A DNA stretch of 64,000 nt from Acidobacteriota bacterium (GCA_020349885.1 CP070701.1:32498-96497), one strand, 5' to 3'. Shown: positions 50,123-60,438, numbered from the stretch's first letter. The notes: generated by a model not told the origin, from the letters alone. Made by a program: numbers and translations.

Positions 50123-51208
50123 TCATGGCTCCCAGGTGTAGGAGGATGTTGAGGGGAAATTGACCAGGCGAACGATGTCGCCTTTTTTAAAATCGGTGCC
50201 CCTTTTTGCCGAGGTGATGGACACCTTGTCCTTCACCTCGGTGACAACGAGCGTTCCGACCTTGATGATTTCGACGTCCAGAAGTTCGCCCGTGTCGGGG
50301 TTGCGGATTTCGTTTCCGATCCTATGGACCTCGAACCGGTCGCCCACCTTGACGCCGCTTCCGGCGCCCAGGGTGATGTAGATTTTCCCTCCCGACGTGA
50401 TGCCCGAGCCGGGGCCTTCGTTGACGAACACCTTGCTTTCGGAAACGAAAGCGATCTTCCCCTCCACGACGGGCTCGTCCTCCACGGGGGGCTCGGGAGC
50501 GCCGGCGGACGGCGTGATGCGGTCCGCGTTCTCCACGATGGTGCGGGCCAGGTTTTCCACGGCCTTCGCGAGAACCCTCGATGCGAGGCCGGAGTCGAAG
50601 CGCTTGCCGAAGTCGGCCCCGGCGAACTCCGCGGCAGCGAATTTTCGGCTTCCCGACCCTTCGTAGGTGTCGAGCGCTTCGGCCGTGGTCGTGTTGACGA
50701 AGCGCGCCGTCAGGGTGGCCGTACCAAGCAGCGTCGTGGCACCTGCGCCCGTGCCCCACTTACCTTTGCCCGCCTGCGGCGCCTCGCCGCCCCCTTCGGA
50801 GACGCCGAACTCCGCCACCGAGCCTGTCACGATGAATTGAACGCCCAGGATCTTTCCCAGCTCGACGACGGTCTCGGGAGCGACGGCGCCCCGGGACGAA
50901 AGCTGCTGTTCCTGGAGGACAAGGCGCAGCTTCTCGCGCTCGAGCACGGAAAACTCGCCGCTTTCGTGAAGCTCCGCGGCCAGACCGTCGGCGGCGGCGG
51001 TTTCAAGATGGCTCCACGGCCACCCGTAGCCCCAGGAGCCGCTGAGCGCCTGCGCGTCGAAGTCGAGCACGGCGATTCGAATTTTTTCTTCCGCAGCTCC
51101 GGGCAGGGCCGCCCAGCACAGCCAGAAGAGGGAAAGGAAGATTTTTAATGAAGCTTGTCCCATCGCACCGGCCTTTTTATCACGAAAAAGAGAGATGTTC
51201 TGCAGCAA
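50123..51208 (-). CDS. CsgG-family (curli-secretion-channel-like) periplasmic lipoprotein homologue with C-terminal beta-rich extension
   Basis: The N-terminal half has the CsgG-like signature (IRIAVLDFDA...LAAELHESGEFSVLEREKLRLVLQEQQLSSRG). The C-terminal roughly 110 aa (KIAFVSESKVFVNEGPGSGITSGGKIYITLGAGSGVKVGDRFEV...) lie outside the CsgG fold. This is a family-level call only. Confidence 0.45.
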   Translation of the reverse strand: MLQNISLFRDKKAGAMGQASLKIFLSLFWLCWAALPGAAEEKIRIAVLDFDAQALSGSWGYGWPWSHLETAAADGLAAELHESGEFSVLEREKLRLVLQEQQLSSRGAVAPETVVELGKILGVQFIVTGSVAEFGVSEGGGEAPQAGKGKWGTGAGATTLLGTATLTARFVNTTTAEALDTYEGSGSRKFAAAEFAGADFGKRFDSGLASRVLAKAVENLARTIVENADRITPSAGAPEPPVEDEPVVEGKIAFVSESKVFVNEGPGSGITSGGKIYITLGAGSGVKVGDRFEVHRIGNEIRNPDTGELLDVEIIKVGTLVVTEVKDKVSITSAKRGTDFKKGDIVRLVNFPSTSSYTWEP

Positions 51209-51315
51209 CGCTTTCTTTTTAACACAGGCGGCGCGGGGGAGTCAATAGACTGTACAGGTTCACAGCTTAACGCCTGTTTCCATGTCGGGATCGGGGAGGG
51301 GGTCGGCACCCGATA

Positions 51316-52227
51316 TTAAATCGGGGAAATTCTTTCTTCGGAAATTTTCTGCACATGCGTTTCAACAAACCGCTTGACGGCGGCCAGGTATGCCTTCGTC
51401 GCGGCGTAGAAGGCGTCGTTGTGACCGGCGCCGGGAATCCAGAAAAGCTCCTTGGGCGGGGCGGCGGCCTCGAAGACCCGCTCGGCATGGTGGACGGGAA
51501 TCACCTCGTCGTAAGCGGCGTGCATGAAGAGCTTGGGGACGTGGAGCCCGGAGACGCGGGAGAGCGAGTCGAAGCGCTTCTTGATGAAAAGCCGCACCGG
51601 AATAAACGGCAGGATATCCCGCCCGACGCGGTGCGTGTCCGTGAAGAGCCCTTCCGTAACGAGCGCCGCCGCCGGGTGGCGGTGCGCGACGTACACCGCG
51701 ACGGCCCCTCCCAGGGAGCGCCCGTAGATGACGATGCGCTCCGGAGGGACGCCCCGCGCGCGCACGTGGGCATAGGCCGCGTCGCCGTCACGGTAGAGTC
51801 CCTCTTCCGAGGGCTCGCCTTCCGAGCGCCCGTAGCCCCGGTAGTCCACGACGAGCTGATTCCAGCCGAGGCCGTGGAACGCCACATGCTGGTCCATGCC
51901 GTAGGAGATGTTCTCGGCGTTTCCGTGGAATTCCAGGATGGTGGGAGGCGCGGCCCGCTCCTCGGAATCATCGGCATCAATTGCGGGGGCGGGGATCCAC
52001 CAGCCGTGGGCGGCGAGGCCGTCCTCGGTTTCCATGAAAACGTCCTCGAAGGCCACGCCGCGGCCGGAAGGCGTTTCGATGAGGTGCCGCGGCGGATGGT
52101 ACGTGATTTTTCCTTCAAACCACTGGAACATCAGGAAAAGAGCGAGCCAGACGACGGCGACATGCGCGAGGATTCTGAGAAACCATTTTGCCGTGCTGCG
52201 GCGGGCGCGTATGTTTGGCACGGTCAA
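51316..52227 (-). CDS. Alpha/beta-fold hydrolase (membrane-anchored)
   Basis: An N-terminal TM segment, HG oxyanion motif (ILEFHGNAENIS), nucleophile elbow (GRSLGG) and C-terminal Asp/His are present. Confidence 0.75.
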   Translation of the reverse strand: MTVPNIRARRSTAKWFLRILAHVAVVWLALFLMFQWFEGKITYHPPRHLIETPSGRGVAFEDVFMETEDGLAAHGWWIPAPAIDADDSEERAAPPTILEFHGNAENISYGMDQHVAFHGLGWNQLVVDYRGYGRSEGEPSEEGLYRDGDAAYAHVRARGVPPERIVIYGRSLGGAVAVYVAHRHPAAALVTEGLFTDTHRVGRDILPFIPVRLFIKKRFDSLSRVSGLHVPKLFMHAAYDEVIPVHHAERVFEAAAPPKELFWIPGAGHNDAFYAATKAYLAAVKRFVETHVQKISEERISPI

Positions 52228-52298
52228 AAAAAGTCGGCTGACTCGGAGCGGCGGGCCATGGCCAAGCGTGTCTCATGCAGCTGTCGCATGGCGCCGGT

Positions 52299-53552
52299 CT
52301 ACGCGCCGGGGTCAAGCTGCGTGTTCTGGATATAGGCCATAATGCGGCGCTCGTCGTCGTCCCCCTCGACGACGAAACAGCAGCCGATCTCGTATTGCGG
52401 CGCCTCGTCGTCGTTGGCCGCCTCCTCAAGGCGGACGATTCGCGCCTTGAGGCGCAGGCCCCCTTCTTCCGGCGCCCGGGGCTTGCCTTCCGCTTCATCA
52501 TCGGCGTCGGCGCGGCCGCCGCCGGATCGGGAGAGAAACTGAATCTCGACAAGGCTTCCCAGCGGAAACCGCCGCTCGGAGCGAAAGAGGACGCCGCCGC
52601 GGCTCACGTTGACGGTTCGCGCCGACGCGAGTCCGTCGGCGGGCTCGAGCTGGCGCACAATGACCGTGTCGCTCAGCGTGATGCGGATAAAATTGCGGCG
52701 CTCGGCGTGGTGCGCGCAGATTTGGTTCTTGCCCGCGCCCTTCGCCTGGTAGAGGGCGGCGTCCGCCCGCGCGATGAGCTCCTCGACGGCGACGGCGTCG
52801 TCGGGGTAGCAGGCGACGCCGCCGCTCAGGGTGAGCGAATAGCGGGCGCCTTCCTTCTCGCGCGCCTGGAAATGCTCCTCGATGGAGCGGCGGATGCGCT
52901 CGCCGACCACGTAGGCGCCGTAGCGGTCGGTCTCCGGGAGAAGCACGGCGAACTCCTCCCCGCCGTAGCGCGCCGCGATATCGATCGTGCGTATGCAGCG
53001 CTTCAAGATTTCCGAAACCTCGACGAGCACCATGTCGCCGTGCAGGTGCCCCAACGAGTCGTTCACTTCCTTGAAATTGTCGAGGTCGAGAAAAAGAAGG
53101 CTCCGCGTCTGGTGGAAGCGCCCGGCGCGCTGGATCTCCTTTTGAAGAGTTTCCCGGAAGTGGCGGTGGTGGTAGAGGCCCGTAAGGCTGTCCGTGACGG
53201 CGCTGCGCTCAATCTGCTCGTACATGGTGAGCTCGATGAGCTTGGGATTGGAGAGCTTCTTGTTGAGGTTGACGAAGTAGTCCATGAGCGCCACGCGCAC
53301 GCCGACGTCGCGTCCCAGGTTTTTGCTCATCGTCTCGCAGTGGTGCATGATGGCGCGCCAATGTTCTTCGGCCTCGGCCTCCCCGAACCGCAAATGCGTC
53401 AACAAGAGCAGGAGCAGCGAATAGGCTTCGATGGATTGTTTCTCCTTGAGCGATTCGATTTCGCGCATGAGGCGACCGCCGTCGACGGCTCCGTCCTCGA
53501 GGAGCGGCAGAATCGTTTCCTTTACGCGGGCGAGGCCTTCGGTAAGTTCCAT
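52299..53552 (-). CDS. Diguanylate cyclase (GGDEF) with C-terminal PilZ domain
   Basis: The GGDEF domain has an intact RYGGEEF site and RxxD-like context. The C-terminus carries the PilZ signatures RRNFIR (RxxxR) and NVSRGG (D/NxSxGG). Confidence 0.75.
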   Translation of the reverse strand: MELTEGLARVKETILPLLEDGAVDGGRLMREIESLKEKQSIEAYSLLLLLLTHLRFGEAEAEEHWRAIMHHCETMSKNLGRDVGVRVALMDYFVNLNKKLSNPKLIELTMYEQIERSAVTDSLTGLYHHRHFRETLQKEIQRAGRFHQTRSLLFLDLDNFKEVNDSLGHLHGDMVLVEVSEILKRCIRTIDIAARYGGEEFAVLLPETDRYGAYVVGERIRRSIEEHFQAREKEGARYSLTLSGGVACYPDDAVAVEELIARADAALYQAKGAGKNQICAHHAERRNFIRITLSDTVIVRQLEPADGLASARTVNVSRGGVLFRSERRFPLGSLVEIQFLSRSGGGRADADDEAEGKPRAPEEGGLRLKARIVRLEEAANDDEAPQYEIGCCFVVEGDDDERRIMAYIQNTQLDPGA

Positions 53553-54310
53553 GATTGTCCTGTTTCTTCCTGAATGAGGGAGTCAAGGCGAGAGAGCGCT
53601 TCCGAGGCCGGGGCGCGCAGAGCGGCGTCGGACGCGCCCAGAAACGTTTTTTCGGGATTGATCTCGATGACGGCCCCGCCGCCGGGGCGGGCCGGACGAG
53701 GCGCCCTAACAGCCCCGGGAATGTGCGAAGCGGGGACCACGGCCGCCGAGGTGCCGATGACGAGGAGGCAGTCGCACGCCTCGCTCAGGCGCTGCGCCTC
53801 TTCGAGCGCCCGGGCTGGGATGGCCTCTTCGAAGAGCACGGCGGCGGGCTTCATGACGGCGCCGCAGGAGCAACGCGGCGCTTCGCGCGTCTCGCCCGCC
53901 GCTGGAGCTTCGGCCCCGGCGCCGCACGCAAGGCACTCGAGGCGGCGGTGCGAGCCGTGGAACTCCACCACGCGCCGCGACCCCACCCTCTGGTGAAGGC
54001 CGTCCACGTTCTGCGTGATCACGGCCTTCAAGAGGCCGCGCGCCTCCCAGGCGGCAAGAATCCGATGCGCCCGATTGGGCTCGGCGCGCTCGATGAGCCG
54101 CCCGAGCTCGAGAAAAAATTCCCAGCAGCGCTCCGGATTCCTTCGAAACGCCGAAAGCGTAGCGTACCGCTCGGGCGGGAATTTTTTCCAGAGGCCGCCC
54201 CCGCCGCGGAAGGTGTCGAGGCCGCTCTCGGAAGAAATGCCCGCCCCGGTGAGCGCTACTGCAAACCGCGCGCTTCGCAAAAGTGAGGCGGCCTGGTTCC
54301 AGTCGTCCAT
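53522..54310 (-). CDS. cobB: NAD-dependent protein deacylase, Sir2 family (CobB)
   Basis: The sirtuin motifs are present (GAGISSESGLDTFRG; TQNVDGLHQ; Zn ribbon CLACGA...CSCGA; GTSAAVVPA). Confidence 0.85.
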   Translation of the reverse strand: MDDWNQAASLLRSARFAVALTGAGISSESGLDTFRGGGGLWKKFPPERYATLSAFRRNPERCWEFFLELGRLIERAEPNRAHRILAAWEARGLLKAVITQNVDGLHQRVGSRRVVEFHGSHRRLECLACGAGAEAPAAGETREAPRCSCGAVMKPAAVLFEEAIPARALEEAQRLSEACDCLLVIGTSAAVVPASHIPGAVRAPRPARPGGGAVIEINPEKTFLGASDAALRAPASEALSRLDSLIQEETGQSWNLPKASPA

Positions 54311-54533
54311 TGGGAAATTTTTCTTGAAACGAAACGCCCAAGCATAACAAAACTCGCTTGCACGAACAAGAACGCGGGGTAAGCCGAGCGGCAGCCGTCA
54401 GGCCAGGGGGCAGCCATAGGAAGGCCGCATTTTAACCGAGCACCGGCCCCCGGCTGCTCTACAGAGCGCCCGCCCGGTCGGGGCTGGGACTCTTCAATCC
54501 GGAGGTTTTGGTTTCGAGCTTGCCGGATGCTTT

Positions 54534-55754
54534 CTATTCATTATCAAATACCCATCCGGCACTCACAGTGGCCACGGAATAGTCGAGTTGACTTTCTTTG
54601 CCGCTATCGAAGTCCAAGTCGACGCCGTCTACGTGGAGATAACGAACGTCGGGGCGGAGATAAAAATTCTCCCACAGAAAAATCTTGGCTGCAGCGCCAA
54701 GATGTAGCGTCAGAGAACTCCCGAGATCTACTGGTTCTTTGTCGGGACCGGGGATGCCCAGCTCGAAGTCGACGCCCTCTATTTCCGACTCGGTGCTGCC
54801 TATGACGCCGATGCCGCCTAGCAAAAGGAAGTTAAATTTTCCGGACGGATTGAGACGGAAAACGGTACTCGCATCGAGGCCCATAACATTCACGTCATCG
54901 CTGCTTGAAATGCTGCTTGAACCCAGATCTATAGTGGCGGCGAAATCCGCGGTAGAGCCCCAAAGCTGGCCTTCCAGCCCCCAGTGTTTCGTGAAAAACC
55001 CACCTAAGCGAAGATTGGCGGCAAGGCCGCTTTCGATTTCTTCTTCTACGGGTATTCCTAGGAAGATGCCGTTGTCGCCGTCCCCGGTGAAATAACCACC
55101 ACCGATTTCAAAGTACTTTTCGTCAAAAAAAGACGATGGATTCCTCAGCCGCGCTCCCGCCGTTAGGGTAACGCCCAGGTCCTCGAGTCTTTTATCAATC
55201 ACCCAGTGCATCTGGGCGTCGAAAGGAAAGGTCCAATTTTCGCCTACCCGGAGCGACGCGCCAAACCCGGCATGGGGGCCGAAGTGGAAAACCTGAGCAT
55301 CTTCCGGGTCGTCGCCGGGGGCCAAGACCGGGTCTATCTTGTACGCCCCCAGCCCTACGAGGACGTGGGGGTTGAACCGCTTGCGCTGGCCGCGAGCAAC
55401 CAGGCTCATGGTTACGTACCATTTGATGTTGAAATCAATGTCCTTCCACAAGTCCTCCATTTCATTGATGGAGCCGTCACCATCGTTGTCAAACGCATCG
55501 GTACAATCGGACTCACCGCAGATAATCTCCTCCACGAAGTCGGTTTCGATGGTTCCCAGTGTGAAGCGGAACGCCAATTTCGAGCCGGTGTGGACCTCCC
55601 AGTTGAAGTTCGTCACCCATCCGTCATCGACGTTGGCGTCGCTCGCCGCAAAGTAACCGCTGCTCACACCCACGTCGTGCTGAAGATCCACTCCGCGCGC
55701 TTGAAGCGCCAGAAAGATGGCAAGCGCCATGAAAACGGCCGTGTTGCGTCTCAT
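54534..55754 (-). CDS. Outer-membrane beta-barrel (porin-like) protein, hypothetical
   Basis: A signal peptide (VFMALAIFLALQA), alternating amphipathic beta-strand patterning throughout and a C-terminal aromatic-rich end are present. A DNDGDGSINEMED EF-hand-like loop is also there. Confidence 0.4.
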   Translation of the reverse strand: MRRNTAVFMALAIFLALQARGVDLQHDVGVSSGYFAASDANVDDGWVTNFNWEVHTGSKLAFRFTLGTIETDFVEEIICGESDCTDAFDNDGDGSINEMEDLWKDIDFNIKWYVTMSLVARGQRKRFNPHVLVGLGAYKIDPVLAPGDDPEDAQVFHFGPHAGFGASLRVGENWTFPFDAQMHWVIDKRLEDLGVTLTAGARLRNPSSFFDEKYFEIGGGYFTGDGDNGIFLGIPVEEEIESGLAANLRLGGFFTKHWGLEGQLWGSTADFAATIDLGSSSISSSDDVNVMGLDASTVFRLNPSGKFNFLLLGGIGVIGSTESEIEGVDFELGIPGPDKEPVDLGSSLTLHLGAAAKIFLWENFYLRPDVRYLHVDGVDLDFDSGKESQLDYSVATVSAGWVFDNE

Positions 55755-55884
55755 AAACCGATTCTCCGAAGCAAGGGCCGCCGGGGGCGCCTTCCTTTGG
55801 AAGCATCCAGTCTACTCAAACGCAACGGACAAAGCAACCCCGCCGCCTTGAGGCCCTGCTGGCGCCCGGCGGCCTCGCCCCCCT

Positions 55885-57165
55885 TTACACCATATCCAGG
55901 AACAGAAGCTCGGGGTTTTCGAGATACCTCTTCACCTCGCCGATGAAGCGCGCCCCGACGGCGCCGTCCACGACGCGGTGGTCGAGCGAGATGCTCAGGT
56001 ACATCATCGAGCGTATGGTCACGACGCCGCCGCGCACGACGGGACGCTCCTCGATGGTGTTCACGCCCAGGATGGCCACCTCGGGATGGTTGATGATGGG
56101 GGTGCCGAACACGCCGCCCAGGTTTCCGACGCTTGAGATCGTGAACGTCCCTCCCTGCACGTCGTCGAGGGCGAGTTTCCTGGCGCGCGCCTTTTCGGAA
56201 AGCTCGACGATTTCACCTGCTACCTGAAGAACGCTTTTCGCCTCCACGTTCTTTACGACGGTCACCACGAGGCCGTCGTCCGTGTCCACGGCTATGCCAA
56301 GGTTGTAGTAGTGTTTGAGGACGATTTCCTGGGCCTCCGAGTCGAGGGTGGAATTGAGGAGCGGGTATTTTCGGAACGCCGGCACGAGCGCCTTGGCAAT
56401 GAACGCGAGATACGTGAGCTTGACGCCGCGCTCCCGGGCCAGCGGCTTGGCCTTCTCGCGCAGGGCGACGAGCTCCGTCATGTCCACCTCGTCCACGAAC
56501 GTGAAGTGGGGAATGGCGGACTTCGAGAGGGACATCTTTTCGGCGATCTTTCGCCGCAGGCCGCGGAAAGGGATGCGCTCCTCGGCCGCCGGGGGCGGGG
56601 CGGCGGGAGTCGCCTGGCGGAGGGTCGACGCGACCCGCGCTTCCCCCTGCGCGAAGCGCTGGACGTCCTCCTTCGTGACGCGCCCCTGGGAGCCCGTGGG
56701 GGGCACCTGGGAGATATCGACGCCGAGCTCGCGGGCCAGCTTCCGAGTGGCGGGCGTCGCGAGAGCCTGGCGGTCTTTCTCGTCGGCGCGCGCCACCGGC
56801 GCCGAAGGGGGCGCCGCCCGGTCGGCGAGGGCCGTCGGGGGAGGGGCGGGCGGCGGCTCCGCCCGCTGCGGTTCGGGCTCCTGCGCCACGGCGGCGGGCG
56901 GCTTTGGAGGAATTTCCGCGCTGCCGTCCTCCGCGTCGATCACCACCATGACGGCGCCGACCTTGATCACCGCGCCTTCCTTGCCGAAGCGCTTGAGCAC
57001 CTTGCCGGACTTGGGCGAGGGAATGACGATGGTCGCCTTGTCCGTCATGATTTCCACGATGGGCTGGTCTTCCTCTAAGACGTCGCCCTCCTTGACGTGC
57101 CAGGCGATGATCTCGCCCTCGACTATGCCTTCGCCGATGTCCGGAAGCCGGAATTCAAATGGCAT
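55885..57165 (-). CDS. 2-oxoacid dehydrogenase E2 component (dihydrolipoamide acyltransferase), branched-chain type
   Basis: A lipoyl domain (EIMTDKATIVIPSP, with the lipoyl Lys), a peripheral-subunit-binding domain (ATPATRKLARELGVDI) and a catalytic domain (ISLDHRVVDGA) are present. Confidence 0.9.
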   Translation of the reverse strand: MPFEFRLPDIGEGIVEGEIIAWHVKEGDVLEEDQPIVEIMTDKATIVIPSPKSGKVLKRFGKEGAVIKVGAVMVVIDAEDGSAEIPPKPPAAVAQEPEPQRAEPPPAPPPTALADRAAPPSAPVARADEKDRQALATPATRKLARELGVDISQVPPTGSQGRVTKEDVQRFAQGEARVASTLRQATPAAPPPAAEERIPFRGLRRKIAEKMSLSKSAIPHFTFVDEVDMTELVALREKAKPLARERGVKLTYLAFIAKALVPAFRKYPLLNSTLDSEAQEIVLKHYYNLGIAVDTDDGLVVTVVKNVEAKSVLQVAGEIVELSEKARARKLALDDVQGGTFTISSVGNLGGVFGTPIINHPEVAILGVNTIEERPVVRGGVVTIRSMMYLSISLDHRVVDGAVGARFIGEVKRYLENPELLFLDMV

Positions 57166-57180
57166 TGCTGGTGTCTCCGT

Positions 57181-58155
57181 TTAATATTCCAATGTCTTGC
57201 GTACGCCGAGCAGGATTCGCCCGGCGTCGGGCATGTAGGTGTACTCGTGGACGTAGGGAAACGGGGTGTCGAATCCCGTGACGCGCTGCACGGGGGCCTC
57301 GAGGCAGAGCAGGAGGCGCTCGTGGATGAGCGCCGAGAGCTCCGCGCCGTAGCCGCAGGTGCGCGGCGCCTCGTGCGCCACGACGGCGCGTCCCGTTTTC
57401 CTGACCGAGGCTTCCACGGTCTCGATGTCGAGGGGCATCAGCGTCTGCAAATCCACGACCTCCAGATCCAGGTCTTCTTCTTGGGCTTTTTCCGCCGCCT
57501 CGAGCGCCGTCTGAAGCATCGCCCCGTAGGCGAAGACGCTCACGTCTTTGCCTTCCTTCGCGACGCGGGCCTTGCCGAGGGGAATCGTGTAGTCGTCCTC
57601 CGGCACCTCGGCCCGAACGGCGCGGTAGATTCGCTTGGGCTCGAGGAACAAGACGGGGTCATCGTCGCGGATGGACGCAAGCAGAAGCCCCTTGGCCTCG
57701 TAGGGGCTGGAGGGAATGACCACTTTGAGACCGGCCGTGTGGACGAAATGGGCCTCGGGGCTCTGCGAGTGGCAGTGCCCGCCTTTGATGCCTCCACCGC
57801 AGGGCGAGCGAATGACGAGCGGGCAGGCGAATTGTCCGCCAGAGCGGTGGCGGTACATCGCGAGCTCGTTGACAATCTGGTCGAAGGCCGGATAGATGAA
57901 GTCGGCAAACTGAATCTCCGGCACGGGCCGCATTCCATAGAGCGCCATGCCGATGGCCGTACCCATTATGCCGTCTTCGGAAAGCGGCGTGTCTATGGCG
58001 CGGTCGGGGCCGAATTTTTCGTAGAGGCCCGCCGTGGTGCGGAAGACGCCGCCCGCTTTCCCGACGTCTTCCCCGAGGACGACGACGCGCTTGTCGCGCT
58101 CCATCTCGAGATGGAGCGCGTGGTTGATGGCCTGGATGAGGGTCATGACGGGCAT
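57181..58155 (-). CDS. 2-oxoisovalerate/pyruvate dehydrogenase E1 beta subunit
   Basis: Transketolase-like pyrimidine and C-terminal domains are present (VVVLGEDVGKAGGVFRTTAGLYEKFGPDRAIDTPLSE; SPEAHF). I take the start at the internal Met (MPVMTLIQAIN). The listed ORF's 5' extension is GC-rich read-through. Confidence 0.88.
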   Translation of the reverse strand: MPVMTLIQAINHALHLEMERDKRVVVLGEDVGKAGGVFRTTAGLYEKFGPDRAIDTPLSEDGIMGTAIGMALYGMRPVPEIQFADFIYPAFDQIVNELAMYRHRSGGQFACPLVIRSPCGGGIKGGHCHSQSPEAHFVHTAGLKVVIPSSPYEAKGLLLASIRDDDPVLFLEPKRIYRAVRAEVPEDDYTIPLGKARVAKEGKDVSVFAYGAMLQTALEAAEKAQEEDLDLEVVDLQTLMPLDIETVEASVRKTGRAVVAHEAPRTCGYGAELSALIHERLLLCLEAPVQRVTGFDTPFPYVHEYTYMPDAGRILLGVRKTLEY

Positions 58156-58187
58156 GGTGGGCGATCTCCGAACGTTGGGGCCGGGGG

Positions 58188-59318
58188 CTATCCGTGTCCT
58201 TCCGCCGCGGCTTTCTTGTCGGTGCTTTCGAGGTAACGCTGCAGCTCTTCCATCTGCTCTCGAAGGTGCCACGGCATCTCGGCGTAAACCTCCTCGAACA
58301 TGGTTTCGATAGGGGGCGGCGGCAGTTTTTCCACTTCCTTGAACGTGGAAACAATCTCCCGGTCCGTGGCCGCGTGGAGTTCCTGGTCTTCTTCCCTGCT
58401 CCACCAGCCTTTGCGCTCGAGGTACTTGCGCAGGCGCGGAAGACCGTCGTACCGGGCCCACTTCTTGACCTCCTGGTCCGAGCGATAGGTGCGCGGGTCG
58501 TCCGAGCTCGTGTGCGGGCCGTAGCGGTACATATGGGCCTCGAGGAGAGTGGGGCCTTTTCCGGCGCGGGCCCGCTTTGCGGCCTGCTTCGTGGCATGGT
58601 AGACGGCGAGGAAATCGTTTCCGTCCACGCGGATGCCCTCGATTCCATAGGCCAGGGCCTTGACGGCGATGGTTTCCGAGGCCGTCTGCTTTTCCAGCGG
58701 AACCGAGATCGCGTACTGGTTGTTTCGGCAGAAGAAGATGACGGGGGCTTTGAAAACGCCCGCGAAGTTAGCGGCCGCGTGAAACGACCCTTCCGACGAT
58801 GCCCCCTCTCCGAAGAAGACGATCGCCACGCGCTCCTTCTGGTCGATGTGCTTCAAGGCCCACGCGAGGCCCGTGGCCTGCGGGATCTGAGTTCCCACGG
58901 GGCTCGAGACGGAAAGGTAGTTCCCGGGAGCGTAGGCGATGTGGCATGGCATCTGGCGGCCCTTGATGAGGTCTTCGGAATTACCCATAAGCTGCGCCAT
59001 GAATTGCCGCAACGTCAGGCCGCGCATGAACGCGGCGCCCATCTCGCGGTAGCTCGGGATGATGAAATCGTCGTCGCGGAGCGCGGCCGCCGCGGCGACG
59101 TGCGCCGTCTCTTCTCCCTCGCCGCCGACGTAAAACCCGATGCGCCCCTGGCGCTGGGCCATGTACATGCGGTCGTCGAGGATGCGCACGAGCACTATCA
59201 TCTTGTAGTGACGCAGAAGCTCGTCCTTGGAGAACTTCGGCTCGAGCGCCTTGTTCGCCAGGGTTCCGTCCGGCTTGAGAATCTGAAATGTGTCCCGCAG
59301 GGGATCAGGTTTCGGCAT
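58188..59318 (-). CDS. 2-oxoisovalerate/pyruvate dehydrogenase E1 alpha subunit (TPP-binding)
   Basis: The TPP motif [36 protein letters not shown] and E1-alpha N-terminal helices are present. Confidence 0.9.
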   Translation of the reverse strand: MPKPDPLRDTFQILKPDGTLANKALEPKFSKDELLRHYKMIVLVRILDDRMYMAQRQGRIGFYVGGEGEETAHVAAAAALRDDDFIIPSYREMGAAFMRGLTLRQFMAQLMGNSEDLIKGRQMPCHIAYAPGNYLSVSSPVGTQIPQATGLAWALKHIDQKERVAIVFFGEGASSEGSFHAAANFAGVFKAPVIFFCRNNQYAISVPLEKQTASETIAVKALAYGIEGIRVDGNDFLAVYHATKQAAKRARAGKGPTLLEAHMYRYGPHTSSDDPRTYRSDQEVKKWARYDGLPRLRKYLERKGWWSREEDQELHAATDREIVSTFKEVEKLPPPPIETMFEEVYAEMPWHLREQMEELQRYLESTDKKAAAEGHG

Positions 59319-60231
59319 GGGACGTCCTTTCGGGTTCGGCGGTCGGGAGAAGGGGTTCGCCCGCGCGGTAGGAGCTGCGCACGAGCGGGCCGGCCGCGGC
59401 GTAGAGAAACCCTTCCGCTAGGGCCGCGCGCCGCAAGGCTTCGAATTGCCCGGGCGCGACGTATTCGGCGACCGGCAGATGGCGCCGGGTCGGCCTCAGG
59501 TACTGCCCAAGCGTGAGAATGTCAACGCCGACGGCGCGCAGGTCGCGCATCGCCTGCAGCACCTCCTCACGCGTCTCGCCCAGGCCGAGCATCAGGGAGG
59601 ATTTCGTGAGGGAGGCGGGCTCAGCCGAAGAGGAATTTTTGAGGTGTTCGAGCACGGCGAGCGACCGGCGGTAGGATGCGCGGCGGTCGCGCACCCGGGG
59701 CGTCAGCCGCTCGACGGTTTCGAGATTGTGGCCCGCCACGTCGGGCGCGGCGTTGAGAACGAGGTCGAGGGAGCGGCGGTCGCCCTGGAAATCTGGAATG
59801 AGGACTTCGACGAGGGTTTTCGGGTTGCGCGCCCGTACCGCGCGTATGGTCTCGGCGAAATGGGCGCCGCCGCCGTCGGGCAGGTCGTCGCGGTTGACGG
59901 AGGTGATGACCGCGTAGCGCAGCTCCATTTCGGCGACGGCCTCGGCAACGCGGTCCGGCTCCTTCGGGTCGAGCACTGCGGTGCGGCCGCTCGTGACGGC
60001 GCAGAAGCGGCATCCCCGCGTGCAGGTGTCGCCCATCAGCATGAACGTCGCCGTGCCGCCGCCCCAGCATTCCGAAGCGTTCGGGCAGTGCGCTTCCTCG
60101 CACACTGTGGCCAGGCGCAGGCCGCGCAAGCGCCGCTTGAGCTCGAAATAACGCTCCCCGGACGGCGGGCGCACCTTCAGCCACGCGGGCTTGGAAGAAA
60201 CAGGAGTGCTTGGAGATTCCGTGAAGCGCAT
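59305..60231 (-). CDS. lipA: Lipoyl synthase LipA (radical SAM)
   Basis: Both Cys clusters are present ([12 protein letters not shown] and CTRGCRFC), with LipA-typical spacing and length. Confidence 0.92.
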   Translation of the reverse strand: MRFTESPSTPVSSKPAWLKVRPPSGERYFELKRRLRGLRLATVCEEAHCPNASECWGGGTATFMLMGDTCTRGCRFCAVTSGRTAVLDPKEPDRVAEAVAEMELRYAVITSVNRDDLPDGGGAHFAETIRAVRARNPKTLVEVLIPDFQGDRRSLDLVLNAAPDVAGHNLETVERLTPRVRDRRASYRRSLAVLEHLKNSSSAEPASLTKSSLMLGLGETREEVLQAMRDLRAVGVDILTLGQYLRPTRRHLPVAEYVAPGQFEALRRAALAEGFLYAAAGPLVRSSYRAGEPLLPTAEPERTSHAET

Positions 60232-60402
60232 CGTATAAGGTTCTCTGGGCCGGTGATTGCAGCCCAGAATTATTATGGTTTAACTTATCCAAAGGGAAGG
60301 TTGCAATTCAAGGAAACGATGGCTTTCCCCGGTGCTCTTTGCCGGATAAATTGCGCGTAAGTGTTGTGGATAAAGAGGAAAACATATTTTTTCGAAATGG
60401 GG

Positions 60403-60438
60403 TTGACAAACGGATTTGAGTGTGTTAATGTATTAACA
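60403..60438 (+). promoter_or_regulatory. Strong sigma70-like promoter (TTGACA-17-TAATGT) with an overlapping perfect 16-bp palindrome TGTTAATGTATTAACA; predicted leaderless or near-leaderless yerC-his transcript
   Basis: TTGACA at 60403-08, a 17-nt spacer, TAATGT at 60426-31. The palindrome at 60423-60438 ends on the yerC ATG at 60438. Confidence 0.55.
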
